The notes: generated by a model not told the origin, from the letters alone. Numbered from the whole stretch's first letter, positions 24,624 through 38,314 are shown. The stretch is DNA of 62,902 bases, filler included, from Rhabdomonas costata (GCA_019059605.1; 57 parts of 57 records of this genome joined end to end with filler, not necessarily neighbours in it), one strand, 5' to 3'. Translations and numbers: made by a program.

Positions 24624-26954
24624 GGTCTGTCTCCACCATCAACCCTGCGTTAAGCGTTGTTACACGGGGACTGATGGACCGTAAGCTAATATCTATATGA
24701 CCCCCCCCCGTCTCTCTCGCGGCGCTGGTCGCGGCCCCGCTGTGTGTGTAGCACTGTGGGTAGATGCCAAAAACGGTCAACTTTATGAACTGTTCTCACC
24801 TACGCCTCAGCTCTTCTCCCCCACTGACGTTCTGACCTCGAAGTCCGGTGTGCCGTTGAGATAAAACCATGCCATTCTTTGTTAGACTTGTGGTCAGTGC
24901 AGGACAAATATCTGGCACGTAGCGAGTGGTAAGACCCCAGGCCTGCTTCGGCTTAGCACTGTAATGGAACCCCCTGCTTAAAAAGTGAGTGGTTTCATCC
25001 AATATTTCCGAATTCCAGGGAAAGGAATTTTAAGGCCTTTCTTTCCTGCACAATGATGGCAGGCGGCATCACTGGACCTCGCAATTGTTATGCTGAAGAT
25101 GGTGCTAATTTTAATGGGTCTGAAAACTCCAAGAAGAAATGATGCGCATCCTTATCACTGTCCCAGGTGACACTTCCCGACAAGTCTGCAGAGTCTCCTG
25201 ATCAGCCCTCCAGCGCGGCGTCTGGTCCAGGGCTGATCAGGAGACTCTGCAGACTTGTCGGGAAGTGTCACCTGGGACAGTGATAAGGATGCGCATCATT
25301 TCTTCTTGGAGTTTTCAGACCCACCAAAANNNNNNNNNNNNNNNNNNNNNNNNNNNNNNNNNNNNNNNNNNNNTTAATTAATTAANNNNNNNNNNNNNNN
25401 NNNNNNNNNNNNNNNNNNNNNNNNNNNNNTTTTTGGTGGTCAACCTGTTGATGTTGTGCTGCTTTTTTGTCTTGGTGAAATTCCTCCCACCTACAACCCC
25501 AAAAGTGAAATGAAGCTGGGGTTCTGGCTTGCACGCACATATATAATCGTACACTCGCATATGCACACACACGCATGTACACACACACACACTCCCGCAG
25601 ACGCGGACGCAGACGCAACGCACATACACATGCACTTACCGCACTCTCCTCGGACAATTCTGATTATCATCAAGCGTATGCGTCACACCGGGCAGCGCAT
25701 GTGATGCATCGGATGAAAAAGTGCTTCAGGTGTCCTATAGCGTGAAGTACACACACATGCACACACACAGCACATAAAATAAAATGGGAAAAGGCAGGGA
25801 AGTGCGCAACAGCAGAATCACCCTGAAACAAGCAAAATACAGGTGGTCAACTTAGACGGCTTTGCAAACTTGGGCATGTACGATAAAAGAAAGAAGGAGA
25901 TGACTGAATAGGTGGGAAGGAGGGGGGGACTAGCGGACTTCCCTCACTGCAGCAGAGCAGAACATATGGAACAACCAGCGAACCAAGACGACAGCTTTGC
26001 GTCTCACACCTACAAGCGTCATTTTTTGCACTGGAGGAAGCCACCTCATCTCACAGGCGCACGCTGCGCCTTCGTTTTCAAATCTGGATGCACAGCTCAA
26101 ATCGACTTGCACTGTTGAATTTTTTGGATCTGTCACCTTGTCAAAGTTGAAGCCTGTGAAGCGAACAGAAGAGTCCCAACCACTTCCCCTCGACCCCGAC
26201 ACGTGTTCTTTCAGGCTGAACCGCAAGAGGCAGTGCCCCTTGTGTCGTCACGCGGTTGCTCCAAGTGCCACACACAGCTCGGCAGCAGAGCTTCGTGGGG
26301 ACGGAACCACCTCCCTGCTGAGTTTTCCTCTGTGACTTTGTCGTGCCCCCCTCCCTCCTGTCCCCAAACGCTTGTTCGGGCCAAGGGCACGGCTTGCTCG
26401 CAGGCAACCATGCTCACTCCCGTACACAAAACCCNNNNNNNNNNNNNNNNNNNNNNNNNNNNNNNNNNNNNNNNNNNNTTAATTAATTAANNNNNNNNNN
26501 NNNNNNNNNNNNNNNNNNNNNNNNNNNNNNNNNNGGGGTGTTGGGTATCATGTTGCTGATGTCACTTATCAAAATTGAAAAACGCAAGGTGGCATCCGTC
26601 GTCGATATGTAGCCATGGAGAATGTGGATCAGGAAAATGATCATGGGCGTTGAAAACAGCAGGACATCCAGGAAATGGGGCAGCATTCACACGGACAAAA
26701 GGAAAGATGATATTGATGAATGAATTGATGATTGAACATATTCACGGGGGAAAGGTCGGTCTGAGGTTGAGTCTGCAACGTATGTTGAGAATTTGAAAGG
26801 TCAATACAACTTGTGTGTGTCCAATTCGTCATCCCACCGAGTGAAAACTCTGCTGTCGAATTGTTTTCCGGATGGCTGAACGATTCCTGAGCTCCCTTTC
26901 CCTTCCCGGGTACATTTTTGAGGATCGAAGTTTTGGGTGACTGGGTGTGCACAG

Positions 26955-27515
26955 GTTCTACCCCTTCTACTACGCCCCAATGGCCGCCGACCTTGTGAAC
27001 CTTGGTGAAGCCACGGCCAGCCTCCAGTATGCGGCCTTCAACCACCGCCTTCGCCCTCTCTCATTGTGTCAGCCCACCCCTCTGAGTCGAGGAAGAAATG
27101 CGAGTCTGAATCTGGTGCTTTTAAAGGTTTGTTGAGCGGTGATCATGGTTACCACTGTTCTGAATTGTCCCCCTAAAACGACCCTATTCAACAGTGTCTC
27201 ACCGCGATCCTATACATTGGACCTGGTTCGCCACACAGGTCGAAAAGTGCTCTTTCTTCGATGGCTCTTCAATGGAAACGGCCAGAGAGAGAGAGAGAGT
27301 CAGCGTTTGTGGACATTACTAAGCCTACACCCAAGTATCGTTGCATCCAAGGTGTTCGTATGAGAGTTGTTGTTGGTGAGGATTTTGGATGGTGGTTGGA
27401 TGGCGGTTCCCCGTTGTCTTCTCAGCTTTGACAAGGGGACGCCGTTCGCCGCTCACCTGCAGCTCCTCGGGGTTCTGCCCCCTCTCAGCGCCAGGCTGCT
27501 ACCCGCGCCGTACCC
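26955..27515 (+). CDS. XRN-family 5'-3' exoribonuclease, two exons (26955-27026, 27426-~27515)
   Basis: FYPFYYAPMAADL and FDKGTPFAAHLQLLGVLPPLSARLLPAPY are XRN conserved-region motifs; the GT-AG intron is phase-compatible. Confidence 0.88.
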
Positions 27516-28172
27516 CCCCCAACCAAACACACCCACCACNNNNNNNNNNNNNNNNNNNNNNNNNNNNNNNNNNNNNNNNNNNNTTAATTAATTAANNNNN
27601 NNNNNNNNNNNNNNNNNNNNNNNNNNNNNNNNNNNNNNNGTTTTTGGGACCTGTGCGGTGCTGGTCGTGGTAGGCGTGGCCACTTTAGGTATCGACGCTC
27701 TGCCTTTTGAAGTGCTGAAGTGAATTTTGGGCTGAAGTGCTGAAGTGAATTTTAGCTGACTTGTTTGGCTCACGCTGTCATGGGCGAGTCTAGAAACACT
27801 TCTCCATCCAATTTGTCGACTGTGTTTTCATGGGCTAATCCATCTCAGATCATTTTTGAAGCGAATTTTTGATTTCTCGCTGCTTGGCTATTCGGTTGCA
27901 TAGAATCGTTGAACAGCGTACAGCCGTAATCTATTTTCCCCACACGTGCAAAAACGCCTGCGCGCCTTTTCACAGGTGGGATGCCGTCCCGCAGTGTGAC
28001 TCTTCAGGTTCCCGCAGCCCCCTCTGTGTCTTTGTGACTGGCTACCCTGACCGTTTTCACTGCGACAGAAATGGATGGAGGTGGTTTGGTCCATTTGTGC
28101 GAGCGTTGAGGTTTCACAAGGGACGAGGTCAAAGCAAAGGTTGGGGTAGGTGTGCCATTGTGTCTCTTGCAG

Positions 28173-28420
28173 GATGAAACTCGCCTGAAGCGGGCGTGCC
28201 GGGCGGACGGTGAGGCATGCCAGCTGGACATGGAGTGCTGTGGCGAGCACTGCGAAGAGGGCATCTGCAGAGTGCCTCCCGCGACGTACTGGGCGGATGG
28301 CTGCCTGCGGGACGGCGACGCTTGCTCAGAAAGCTCGCAGTGCTGTACCCTCAACTGCAGGGAGGGCGTCTGCGCGGACTACGAGTCGGCTTGCAAGGAA
28401 GTGAACAAGCCATGTGACCA
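28173..28420 (+). CDS. Exon with tandem cysteine-knot-like repeats (C-x6-C-x5-CC-x3-C-x4-C)
   Basis: CRADGEACQLDMECCGEHCEEGIC and CLRDGDACSESSQCCTLNCREGVC plus the start of a third; cag| and |gtgcgt. Confidence 0.75.
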
Positions 28421-29221
28421 GTGCGTAAGTCCCTTTTTTTTCCCGGGAAATCAGTAGTCTCGTTTGAATTACCATTGTTTCCTCAAGGGGAAGAACTCCG
28501 AACAAAAGTCCAAAGTCGTCTTTCTTGATGCGAGATCTGAGACAACCAACCCCTTGCATTTCCCTTGAAATTCACAGCAGAGGTATGGAAGACCTGAAGG
28601 AGGAAGGGTTATACAGGAACGGATTGAAGGAGATCAACACACAACNNNNNNNNNNNNNNNNNNNNNNNNNNNNNNNNNNNNNNNNNNNNTTAATTAATTA
28701 ANNNNNNNNNNNNNNNNNNNNNNNNNNNNNNNNNNNNNNNNNNNNTGTGTTTTTTTCCTCGTACAGAGCCGTTTGATTTGGACGCGAGCTGCATCCCCAT
28801 CCATTCTGAGGGTTGGGGGGTCGAGAACCTGTTTGATAGACGTACCTCTTTGAATCGGCTTTGAAGCCAACCCCAAGACAGCTGGTTGAGAATTCGATGG
28901 CAATTTGCTGGGAGTTCTCAGAGAAGCTTATTATGGCTTCAAAGCTCAAAGTTCAGTTGGGTAATAAAATCACAAATAGGATATCTGTGCCTTTCCAGCA
29001 ATAATTCCTTATCTGTAGCGGTATAAACTGGAAGGAAAATACACAAGCAACAGCTTTTCTCTGGGTTTTGTCATCATTCTCACGGTATCTCTGTTGCCTG
29101 ACTCTGACATTACGTGATCGCAGTCACATCAAGAATCCCAGCAACCAAAGATCCATCAACTCTGATACGAAGAGTGGAGGGAATCGAAGAGAACAACGGA
29201 AGAGAGAGCATCACCAACCTC

Positions 29222-29640
29222 TCACTGTACCACTCGCACGGCGTTGCCCTTATTCTGCATTGTGACCAGAATGTACGCGGCCTCTGTGAAACCCAGCGGA
29301 ACGGGGGCCTCCGCACCCACCACCACGGCACCGTTGATGGCAACCGCGAGGGTGCCGCCCTGGGGGTCGTCAGCGTTGCTGCGGTCCACCCGAAGCTCCA
29401 CACAGTCTCCCGCCTTGAAGCTCATTCCTGGAGGCTGGTTCTCGGTGCCGTTGTGATTAAAGTAGGTAGTATTGCGCAGACTCAGCCCAGGGGACCACCC
29501 GCTCAGTCCAGGAAGCTTGCCTCGCTGCAGCAGTAGGTCACCGCAGGAGCTCACAGTAGCCATACCAATGTAGAGGGTGTTCACGGTGAGGATCTCGAAG
29601 CGGACCGTAGTGAGGCCAGGCTGCCCCACAGGCGGGGCAC
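29222..29640 (-). CDS. Last exon, SPRY/B30.2-like domain
   Basis: VRFEIL...LYIGMAT...FKAGDCVELRVD...GTLAVAING...YILVTM...GNAVRVVQ* is SPRY-like. Confidence 0.65.
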
Positions 29641-29848
29641 CTGAAGAAGACAAGAGAGCGAGTGAGAGAAAGGAGAGGAGAAAACAGGAACCAGGAAAGC
29701 CATACGATCTGAAAAATTCAGTCAGATAACTACGCCGACAACCGACGTNNNNNNNNNNNNNNNNNNNNNNNNNNNNNNNNNNNNNNNNNNNNTTAATTAA
29801 TTAANNNNNNNNNNNNNNNNNNNNNNNNNNNNNNNNNNNNNNNNNNNN

Positions 29849-30828
29849 GAGTACTCCTGGAGAGGGCCTGTGCCAGCCTTGGCGGGGCAGAGATGCAGAA
29901 GCTGAGCTCTCAGCTGCTGGAGCTTAGCAATACCCTGCTGGAGGCCGAGAAGAAGGCCGCGGGGCAGAAAAAAAAGAAGAAGAGTACGCTGCACGTTCTC
30001 CCTCCCTTCTCCATGCACTCACGAGTTACCTACAATTACACGCACGGGCTCGCCACTCATCAAGCGGATGTGGAAAATAACCGGCAGCTAGTGCGATAAT
30101 AACTGCAGCAACCCAGGGCGGCGAGATTTCCGAGCGGGTGACTTGAATTTTCGAAACAATTGATAAACACGGCGGCGCGTGTCAAGTCAAAAGTGAGAGT
30201 TACTCAGAACCGATAATTCGGCAAAACTGACCACGGAACTTCACAGCCGAGATGTGATGACGCTTTCGTTTTCATGTCCGAAAAAGCCTGAAAATTCCCT
30301 GAAACAACGTAAAGCTGCGTGCCATGTGAGAAAACCATGTCACTATGCTGTCTTTGCAGAGCGCCTTTGCGAAGATACCTGTTCCACCAACCAAGCTGTT
30401 CAAATGCAGTATTTGAGAAATTCTACAGCAGACTTTTTTCTTAGTAAATATCGCTTGAAAGGTAAAAACGCCATCTTTAGATTCCATTTCAAAAGTCTCA
30501 CTTTCAAGGTGGAGTCCTTCTTGGCACATACAATGTATGTCATATCACATATACGAATTCCCAGTATTTTCGAGCGGGTTTATGGTGGGGACGCAAGTAC
30601 TCACAGCACAGGTGTTAGCATGCAGCGCAACCGGGAGAGAAAAACTAACTGTGAACTTGTGTCAGCAAGGATACGAGATGGATGCCAAATGCGGCTCTGT
30701 TTCTGCCTTCTGCGTGTGCTTCTACAACAGCGAAGTATGTCTCGTTGGATGGTGGCGATGACTACGATTATGACGACGACGTTCCAGCGAAGCCCACAGT
30801 GAAGGAGACCGCGCCTCCACCTCCCGAG
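29849..30828 (+). CDS. eIF3 subunit j-like C-terminal region, two exons (29849-29983, 30731-30828)
   Basis: KLSSQLLELSNTLLEAEKKAAGQKKKK|TKYVSLDGGDDYDYDDD; phase-compatible GTACGC...CAG intron. Confidence 0.5.
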
Positions 30829-30953
30829 GTTCTGCCGGGAGCCCCCAACCCACNNNNNNNNNNNNNNNNNNNNNNNNNNNNNNNNNNNNNNNNNNNNTTA
30901 ATTAATTAANNNNNNNNNNNNNNNNNNNNNNNNNNNNNNNNNNNNNNNNNNNN

Positions 30954-31372
30954 AATAATAACTGTGACGTCGCAACCACACACGAGGTTGTTCAGCGCAT
31001 AAGGGAGCACAGGGACTGTGAAGGCCCCGGGTTAAAACGCTCCCGAAAATGCTGTGCCTCACCGGGCCCTTGAAATTTGCTGTCTTGAAAGTTGTGTTGG
31101 GAATCAAAGGAGAAGAATCTTAGCATTTGGTACCTTCCTAATCTCTCTCACGATTCCCTTCTATCCGCACAGAAGTGGGCATAGTCAGACCGCGTGCCGT
31201 GGTTAAGATGGATTGGATTAGATCATATTTAGATTAGGAATAAAAGTCGATTTCTGCGGCCCGGTGAGGCACAGCATTTTCGGGAGCGTTTTAACCCGGG
31301 GCCTTCACAGTCCCTGTGCTCCCTTATGCGCTGAACAACCTGGTGTGTGGTTGCGACGTCACAGTTATTATT
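30954..31372. repeat. 115-bp inverted repeat (30954-31068 / 31258-31372) around a 189-bp spacer
   Basis: Arms are reverse-complementary with one mismatch. Confidence 0.9.
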
Positions 31373-33291
31373 TCACAATCTGCGAGGTCACCATTACACA
31401 ATCTGCTGGGTGAAAGCATTTCAAGTGTTTACAAGTTAAATGAAACAATAACTGGGGCTTTGACCCTTTTCGGGGGTGATGCCCTGTCCAGCTTGTGAGT
31501 TGGGTTTTGGTCGGAGCCTCCCCTCACCACTCTTTCGGACCTCTCCTATGGAGACCCACCTTTTGGGGGAACCACAGGTCCTTTCTTCGGAAGAGTGTGA
31601 GTGCTTCTTGTGGAAGGGAGCCAGCTCCCCGGAAAGGGTTTTGGGCGTGCGCCTGCGGGTTCTTCACAGCTCACCCCCATCCCCCACACAGTCACCGTCC
31701 CCTTGGGCGAGTGGTCAGTTCGACTTTTTGCCATCCCATTCCTCGCTCTCCACTTGCCACTCCTATTCTCCTCCTCCTCCTCCTCCTCCTTCTCGTTCTC
31801 CCTCTCTTTCTCCTTCGCCCGCCTTCGCCTTTTCCCACTTTCCCCAGTGGTTTGGCTAACCGGCTGCTGCTCTTGTCTTTTGGGCGCCGGGTAATGAGGC
31901 AGACTTCTCACAGGTAACTCCCCTGCTTCTTAGCCATTCGCGCCCACCGTTCACCCCCNNNNNNNNNNNNNNNNNNNNNNNNNNNNNNNNNNNNNNNNNN
32001 NNTTAATTAATTAANNNNNNNNNNNNNNNNNNNNNNNNNNNNNNNNNNNNNNNNNNNNTTTGTGGTTGGAGACAGAACATGCGTCACGGCACTTGATCAA
32101 AGAACTCGTTGATTTTGAATCGGATCTTGAATTGAACACGAGTTCGCAGGGCTGCTGTTTCGGTTTGCATATTTTGGCTGTGTATCCAGCATCCGGCTTG
32201 ACCTTTTTTTTACTACTCCGCCTCTTCTGAACTTTTTTCATGGACGTTTCTCTTGCATTTCGAAGACGCAGTCCTTGCTTCATCTCCGGCAAAGTGGTTT
32301 CCGGCTCTATCCTGGTGACTTGTACTCATTCGGAGACCCACAACGGGATTACGCTCTTGGTGGATTTTTTGTCTTTATTAAGATTTTTTTGGGGGGGTCG
32401 CAAAGGTTGACCTATGGCACGTGCAATGTCTTACTTGGTGTTGGGTGTTTGCACAGTGCACGGTATATAAATCCAGGTGGAACGTGGTGCGGCTGCGTTC
32501 GAAGCTATTAAAAGCGAAAGATAAGTCAGCCTTTAGCTTTGTTGTTGTGTTGCTTTCTCTCTGCCCTTTTTTCACTATCAGGTGGAGGGGAAGCTTGGGT
32601 TCGATCCCACTCTGACAAAAGAACATCACGTTAGGGCACATGCGGTTGCCCAGTTTGCTAAACCGGTGATGGTGCTCAGCCGAAGACTCGTTCTTGTTGT
32701 TCCCAGAAAGCTTCACAGCGGGTCTTGCCGCTCTCTCTTGTTTTTGAGACTTGTCTTGTCTGCACAATCTGGGAAAACATGCCTGTGGTGTCAGGGTAGT
32801 AGTGTGTTTCGTGAGCAGCATTCCCCTTTGTTCTCGGTCTCAACCTTTCGAACCATGTTAAAAGTATAAAACACAAGCAGAATTTACAGCTGCAAGGTAA
32901 GCAGGACGAACCAAAACCAACTAAAGTTTCTTGATCGTGTGGTTTGATAATTGCCAGTGCGCACATAAAATTATTTAATTATTTTAATAACAAAAGGATT
33001 CAAGAAATAACTTTCTTTGTTGTTGTATCACTGTCAGTCCTCTCATAATCATAACGCACCAACNNNNNNNNNNNNNNNNNNNNNNNNNNNNNNNNNNNNN
33101 NNNNNNNTTAATTAATTAANNNNNNNNNNNNNNNNNNNNNNNNNNNNNNNNNNNNNNNNNNNNGGTGGTTTTTGCGTAGCATAGTTGTGCCACGATCATT
33201 TTTTTCTGCCTCAATCTCAAAAGCCACTTTTGGCACAGCCCATATCCCTTTTAGTGATACCGGTGCCCATTTGGCGTCTTCTCGTCTGCAG

Positions 33292-33569
33292 CGGCTCCGT
33301 TTGCCTCCGGAACTGAGCCCCATATTAAGTTCACGTTCTTCCTGCGTGGCGAAGAATACGACCAACTCGGCAGCACCGTCGCCTTGCCGTACGGGCTGTT
33401 GTGGCGGGTCAGTGTGGTGATCTCCCTGACTCAGCTCTTCGCGGACATCACCGCGGCGGCCTCCCGGATGCTGGCGTACACCGCAGCAGCAATCGCCGTT
33501 CTGGCGATCACGACGGGGCTGCTGATCTCGTATCTCGTCACCGCACCTCTGATCCACCTATGTCACCAG
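33292..33569 (+). CDS. Exon of a sensor/receptor protein: end of extracellular domain, TM and start of HAMP
   Basis: LPYGLLWRVSVVISLTQLFADI...AIAVLAITTGLLISYLVTAPLIHLCHQ; ctgcag| and |gtggtg. Confidence 0.55.
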
Positions 33570-36006
33570 GTGGTGCCGCTGCTGCTTTTAGGACTGCCTT
33601 ATATGCGCCCGTTCGGTTTGTAATACCCTACGTTGCTTCCTAGCGCTATCAGGACTTGCTGTGGACGCAATATTAACTTTGAATCCGTCGCTTGAGGGAT
33701 GACGGAAGCCGCTGTTTGCTCCCTTGGATCGTTTTTGTCCGGCGATCCCTAAATCCGGCTGTGTTTCGCTTTCCCAGTAGAAAGGTCCCCCGGATTGTTG
33801 TCGTACCCACGCCGGGCAGCCGTTTTGTAGGAGAACCTGACCCAAGGACCGGCCACGAAGCGTCTCGGGAGGTCTGCTACAACTACAAAAGACCTCCAGG
33901 CCTGCTTCGGCCTTTCCCTCGTCGAGGAGTTACCAGGATGGGCTCAACTTTCGACCAGAATGCGCCATTTGGGAGATCATTTTCTTCGTAGCTGAGCTGC
34001 TAAGCTGTACAATTTCCTTTTCTACTTTCCATCCCACCACAACCACCTCATCCACGCTTATGTTTCTGCCGCTGCTCTGTAACCCTCCGTGCTTACCCTG
34101 TGGCACTCTTAGCCCGTCTCCCACTCTCTGCAGATTTTTCCACGCTCCTGCGTGTTGCTTGAACTGACNNNNNNNNNNNNNNNNNNNNNNNNNNNNNNNN
34201 NNNNNNNNNNNNTTAATTAATTAANNNNNNNNNNNNNNNNNNNNNNNNNNNNNNNNNNNNNNNNNNNNGGGGTGGTTGGTGTTTTCCTGTGCCCGTCGAC
34301 CCCACTAATGCGTAGAGGGTTGTCGACTGTGCTGTTCCGAAGGCTGGCGCTGCGCCTTTTTTTCCGCTACTTTTCAGCTCTTTATTGAGGGGACCCTGTG
34401 CAATGTGGATACCCAATTACACTTTCACGGGGAGCCTCTTTACGATTGGGACGAGGACGTCTACTTTGGAGTTCCTACCGTTGCAGATGTAAATCAGGTA
34501 GCCTCAGTGACACAATTTTTGTGCTGGGACCCAGAATAAGGATTAATCTCCGCAGGTGTTTCACGTGCTTGAATCAATGCCATGAACGTCTTTACCATCA
34601 TGGCTGATTACCATCAACCAACCGTTTTGCTGATAATTATACCTACGCTCTATTTTTTTTGTATTTTGAATTTCAGTGCGTTGTCCTACCTGTTGGTGTG
34701 GAAGGGACGAATTTCGTAGTTTTTGTCATACGTGTTCGACCATATGCCCTGTGCTGTGTGCAGCTGTTTGCTGTGGAAGTCTTCGGGCCTGCCAGCTCGC
34801 CGAGGGTCGATGATGCCTCTCAGCAGGTGTCCGATCCGTATCTGGTGGACTGGAGTGACATCCTCAGCACGCACATCGCGCAGGCCTGCCCTCCTTTTCC
34901 CCGTAGCCCGTAATGGGCGTTATTTGCAGCTACTATAGCACCCGTTGCATTTATGGAAGCCTCTCTCTCTGTCGGGCCTAATAATAATAGGGCATGGTGG
35001 GTATTCCTTTTCGGTGGTAAGTTTCGGGAGGCCTTTTGTATATATATGGCCCGCAACGTGTCAAAAAGTGAGAAGCAAAAAACTGCTGCTTTGTGTCCCG
35101 AACCTCTGGAAAAAATCGGCTTATCGCAGAAAATACAACCTGAACTCAGGAGCTTCCATTGCACAAGAAACAGCTGAGATGGCATCGTTTACTCAGAGAG
35201 ACCTTCTTGATATCCCCAAACCCGCAGCAAGTCCAAAAGGCAACATTTCAGTAATGCTTTTTCCACACAAAAANNNNNNNNNNNNNNNNNNNNNNNNNNN
35301 NNNNNNNNNNNNNNNNNTTAATTAATTAANNNNNNNNNNNNNNNNNNNNNNNNNNNNNNNNNNNNNNNNNNNNGGGTGGGTGGGCGAGACGTTCCAGACG
35401 GAGCAGAAGTACACTCTGCCTTCGTTTTTCCTGTCCCCCGGGGGTAATGAACGAAATTTTGCAATCGTTTCGAACCAAATTACGAATCTAGGGGGATCCT
35501 GCTTAGTTATGTCGACAGGGGACTTCCCTGAGCTTGCTTCAATGCAGGGTGATGTCAACTCGTTCCCTCGTGATTCTCCCACCGCATCATCGGTGTTCCG
35601 AGGGTGTGCTGCCGTGAAATGGAACTAATGTGGGTGTGGTGGGGTGGCTCGAACCGTGGCTGAATCGTGGCAGGGACCAACCCACCGTGCCCCCTGTACA
35701 CTATTTCGGAGGAGATCCCTCTCTGTGACCGGGACTGTTGGCAACTCCTCCATCCCTCCTTTCCCTCCCTCCGCAAGCAAAATCGTCCAACACAGCGCCT
35801 ATTGTGCGCAGATCGCTTACGAAGAACTCCCAGAAATATAGAACGTTCCGTCTTTTCTCTGCAAGAATGTGGATGATGTGGATGTGGATTACCGCACTCC
35901 AACTCCTGAAGGATGCGAGATGAGCCACAAATGCAATGAAAGGGAAGAATCTAAAAGTGCGCACGTGACAAAATGGTCAAAGGCTGCGATGTAATTTTCT
36001 TTCCAG

Positions 36007-36200
36007 GCTGGTGTTTGTCCTGGATTACGTCACGGGGGGAGACCTGAACGTCGCTCTGAAGAGCCTGCCCTCGGGCCGGCTCTCCGAGCCCGCCGCCCGC
36101 GCCCTCTCTGCGGAGGTCTTTCTTGCCCTGGAGCACCTCCACCGCCACGGAGTGGTCTTCCGTGACCTCAAGCCCCAGAACGTCCTCCTGGACAGCAATG
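36007..36200 (+). CDS. Ser/Thr protein kinase exon (AGC-like, subdomains V-VIb)
   Basis: FVLDYVTGGDL...AEVFLALEHLHRHGVVFRDLKPQNVLLDSNG; AG/GT boundaries. Confidence 0.93.
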
Positions 36201-38314
36201 GTATGGGCGCAATCAGCTGCAGCCCATACTCTCCACAGTTTGGGTGATTGGAACACTGGGACAGTTGCACCGGCCACTAACAGTGAGGCGCGGGGTCAGT
36301 CAGCTTAAAAGCTGATTCTTAGCAGGGTTCGTCAATTATTTGTGATCGTGAAAAACTTAAAGAAGCGTACAAACAAACNNNNNNNNNNNNNNNNNNNNNN
36401 NNNNNNNNNNNNNNNNNNNNNNTTAATTAATTAANNNNNNNNNNNNNNNNNNNNNNNNNNNNNNNNNNNNNNNNNNNNGGTGGTTTTTTAGAGATATTGG
36501 CATGTTGGCACAGCTGTGAAGGCTGGCTTACTCTCTGTCTCCAAGCCAAATGCTCTCGAGCATTTAATTTAATTAAATTTTTTTTTTACGAATCATTGGT
36601 TGGTGCGAAGGCTAGATCTTTTTCACACGAACAGGGCGTTTCTGTTCGACTCCGAGGAGGCCTTGATCGCGGCCGAGGAGGTAGAGGAGCTTCGCGCATA
36701 GCTGTCAAGAAATGACCTGTCACCTGCTTATGTCAGCATTATGTGCGTGGTGGTCCAGAAGAAAGGAAAATGACCCCCCGCTTCGTCCTCATTTGCTTGG
36801 GGAACTGTTGCTGAAACACAGGAAAGCAGCATGGAGCTTGTGGGGGCGTTTGTTTCCCTCTTGTGGACCTTCCACGCAGACTTGTCTCCCCCGTTCCTTT
36901 TGCACACACTCGCGAGCAGTTGTTTTCCTTTTTGCCCATGTATTTGTGGAATGTTTCGTGTCCGTCCTCCTTTGCTTCTGCCGCCTCTTTTCGGAGGCGT
37001 TCTTCTGTTCCCCTTGACACCTTCGGGAGTAATCGGTGCCTTGTGCCGTGAAGTCTCTTCTCTCTCCAGTCTGTGATGTCCAGAAATGTGTGTGTTCGTG
37101 TCTTTTGCGCGGCTGGATCGGGGCTGCCCACCCAAAAGGACTTTCCCTCTCACTGAGAGAGAGGCTGTACCAAAAGAAGAGTGAGGGAGCGAGGACTTGT
37201 AGGTGCGTGTGTTTTGGCGAGAAATTAGCGAGGGAAAATCCAGCGCCGGGTGGTTTTGCTCGATTTGAGGGAAAGCTCGTGGGAAGGAGGGGGGATGGGC
37301 GCGGGAGAGGGGGCCAGAAAGCCCCCTCCCTACCCACAACCCCTCCCCTCCGGTTCGTTGCGATTCCATGACCTCTGCTTGTTTTTATTCCAGATGTACA
37401 TTGTGTACACTGCGCTTGGCTTGTGCTGTTGGCCCCTGGTGGAAAGCTCCTCAGATCTTGTGAAGGGTGCCTGGCAGCCACAANNNNNNNNNNNNNNNNN
37501 NNNNNNNNNNNNNNNNNNNNNNNNNNNTTAATTAATTAANNNNNNNNNNNNNNNNNNNNNNNNNNNNNNNNNNNNNNNNNNNNTTGTGTTGGGGGATATT
37601 GAAACATGGAACCAAACTAATGCCAGCAGCGTTTGACACTCTACTACCAAAGTCTGGTTCCATGTTTCAATATCCCCCAAGAAATCCACATACTGCTCCG
37701 AGGCACCGACAGCACTGAACAGTGAAAGGAAACAACAACGGCGGGTTTGCAGTGCACGGTCGCATACCCGACGCGGTGCATCGAGCCTCCAGAGCCAGAG
37801 CGGCATGCGTGCAACAAGGGGGCGTACACGGGATTTTTGATGTCGACGTAGCTGAATTGTAAATTTTCAAGGGAGGCAGGAGGTTGGGGGGAAGCATCAC
37901 AAACCGAGTCGTGTGAGGCCATGCTGTCGGGTACCAAATTCACCAAATTCATATTCAAAGCCCAGCACGTTGATCTCGCAAAGGGAACAGGGGTGATTGG
38001 TGAAGAGATAACTGTGGCGACACACCCAACAGTTAACTGCTTGGGGACAGCCGCCGCCAAAAGCGCGAGGGATTTTGCCGGAGTTCTTATTCGGTATCGA
38101 AGTTTGAGATAAAACAAAGCACGAGAGCAAATTACAGTAACAAACTACAAGATGAAAAACATGAGGCGCAAACAGTGGAGCAGCGGGAGAAACGTTAGGT
38201 TGAGATGTCATTTTTAAAATTGCTCTCACACATGCACAACGCCACCGAGTTCACAAAAGCGTCCTAACGGTCCCCAGGCTCGGGTTCAAAGCAGAAAAAA
38301 CCAAGGGCTCACAC

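Noticed and set aside
32597-32610. GGGTTCGATCCCAC, a tRNA T-arm/B-box-like motif
   Set aside because: No acceptor stem, D-arm or anticodon arm can be folded around it.
33341-33354. Possible euglenid non-conventional intron boundary (CCTG...)
   Set aside because: The frame stays open back to a canonical CAG at 33289-33291; no non-GT-AG intron could be supported in the genes examined.
36728-37481. Overlapping 200+ aa ORFs, and similar ones such as 20197-20901, 38779-39435 and 53056-53631
   Set aside because: No recognisable motifs; they span intron-like sequence or are antisense shadows of real exons.
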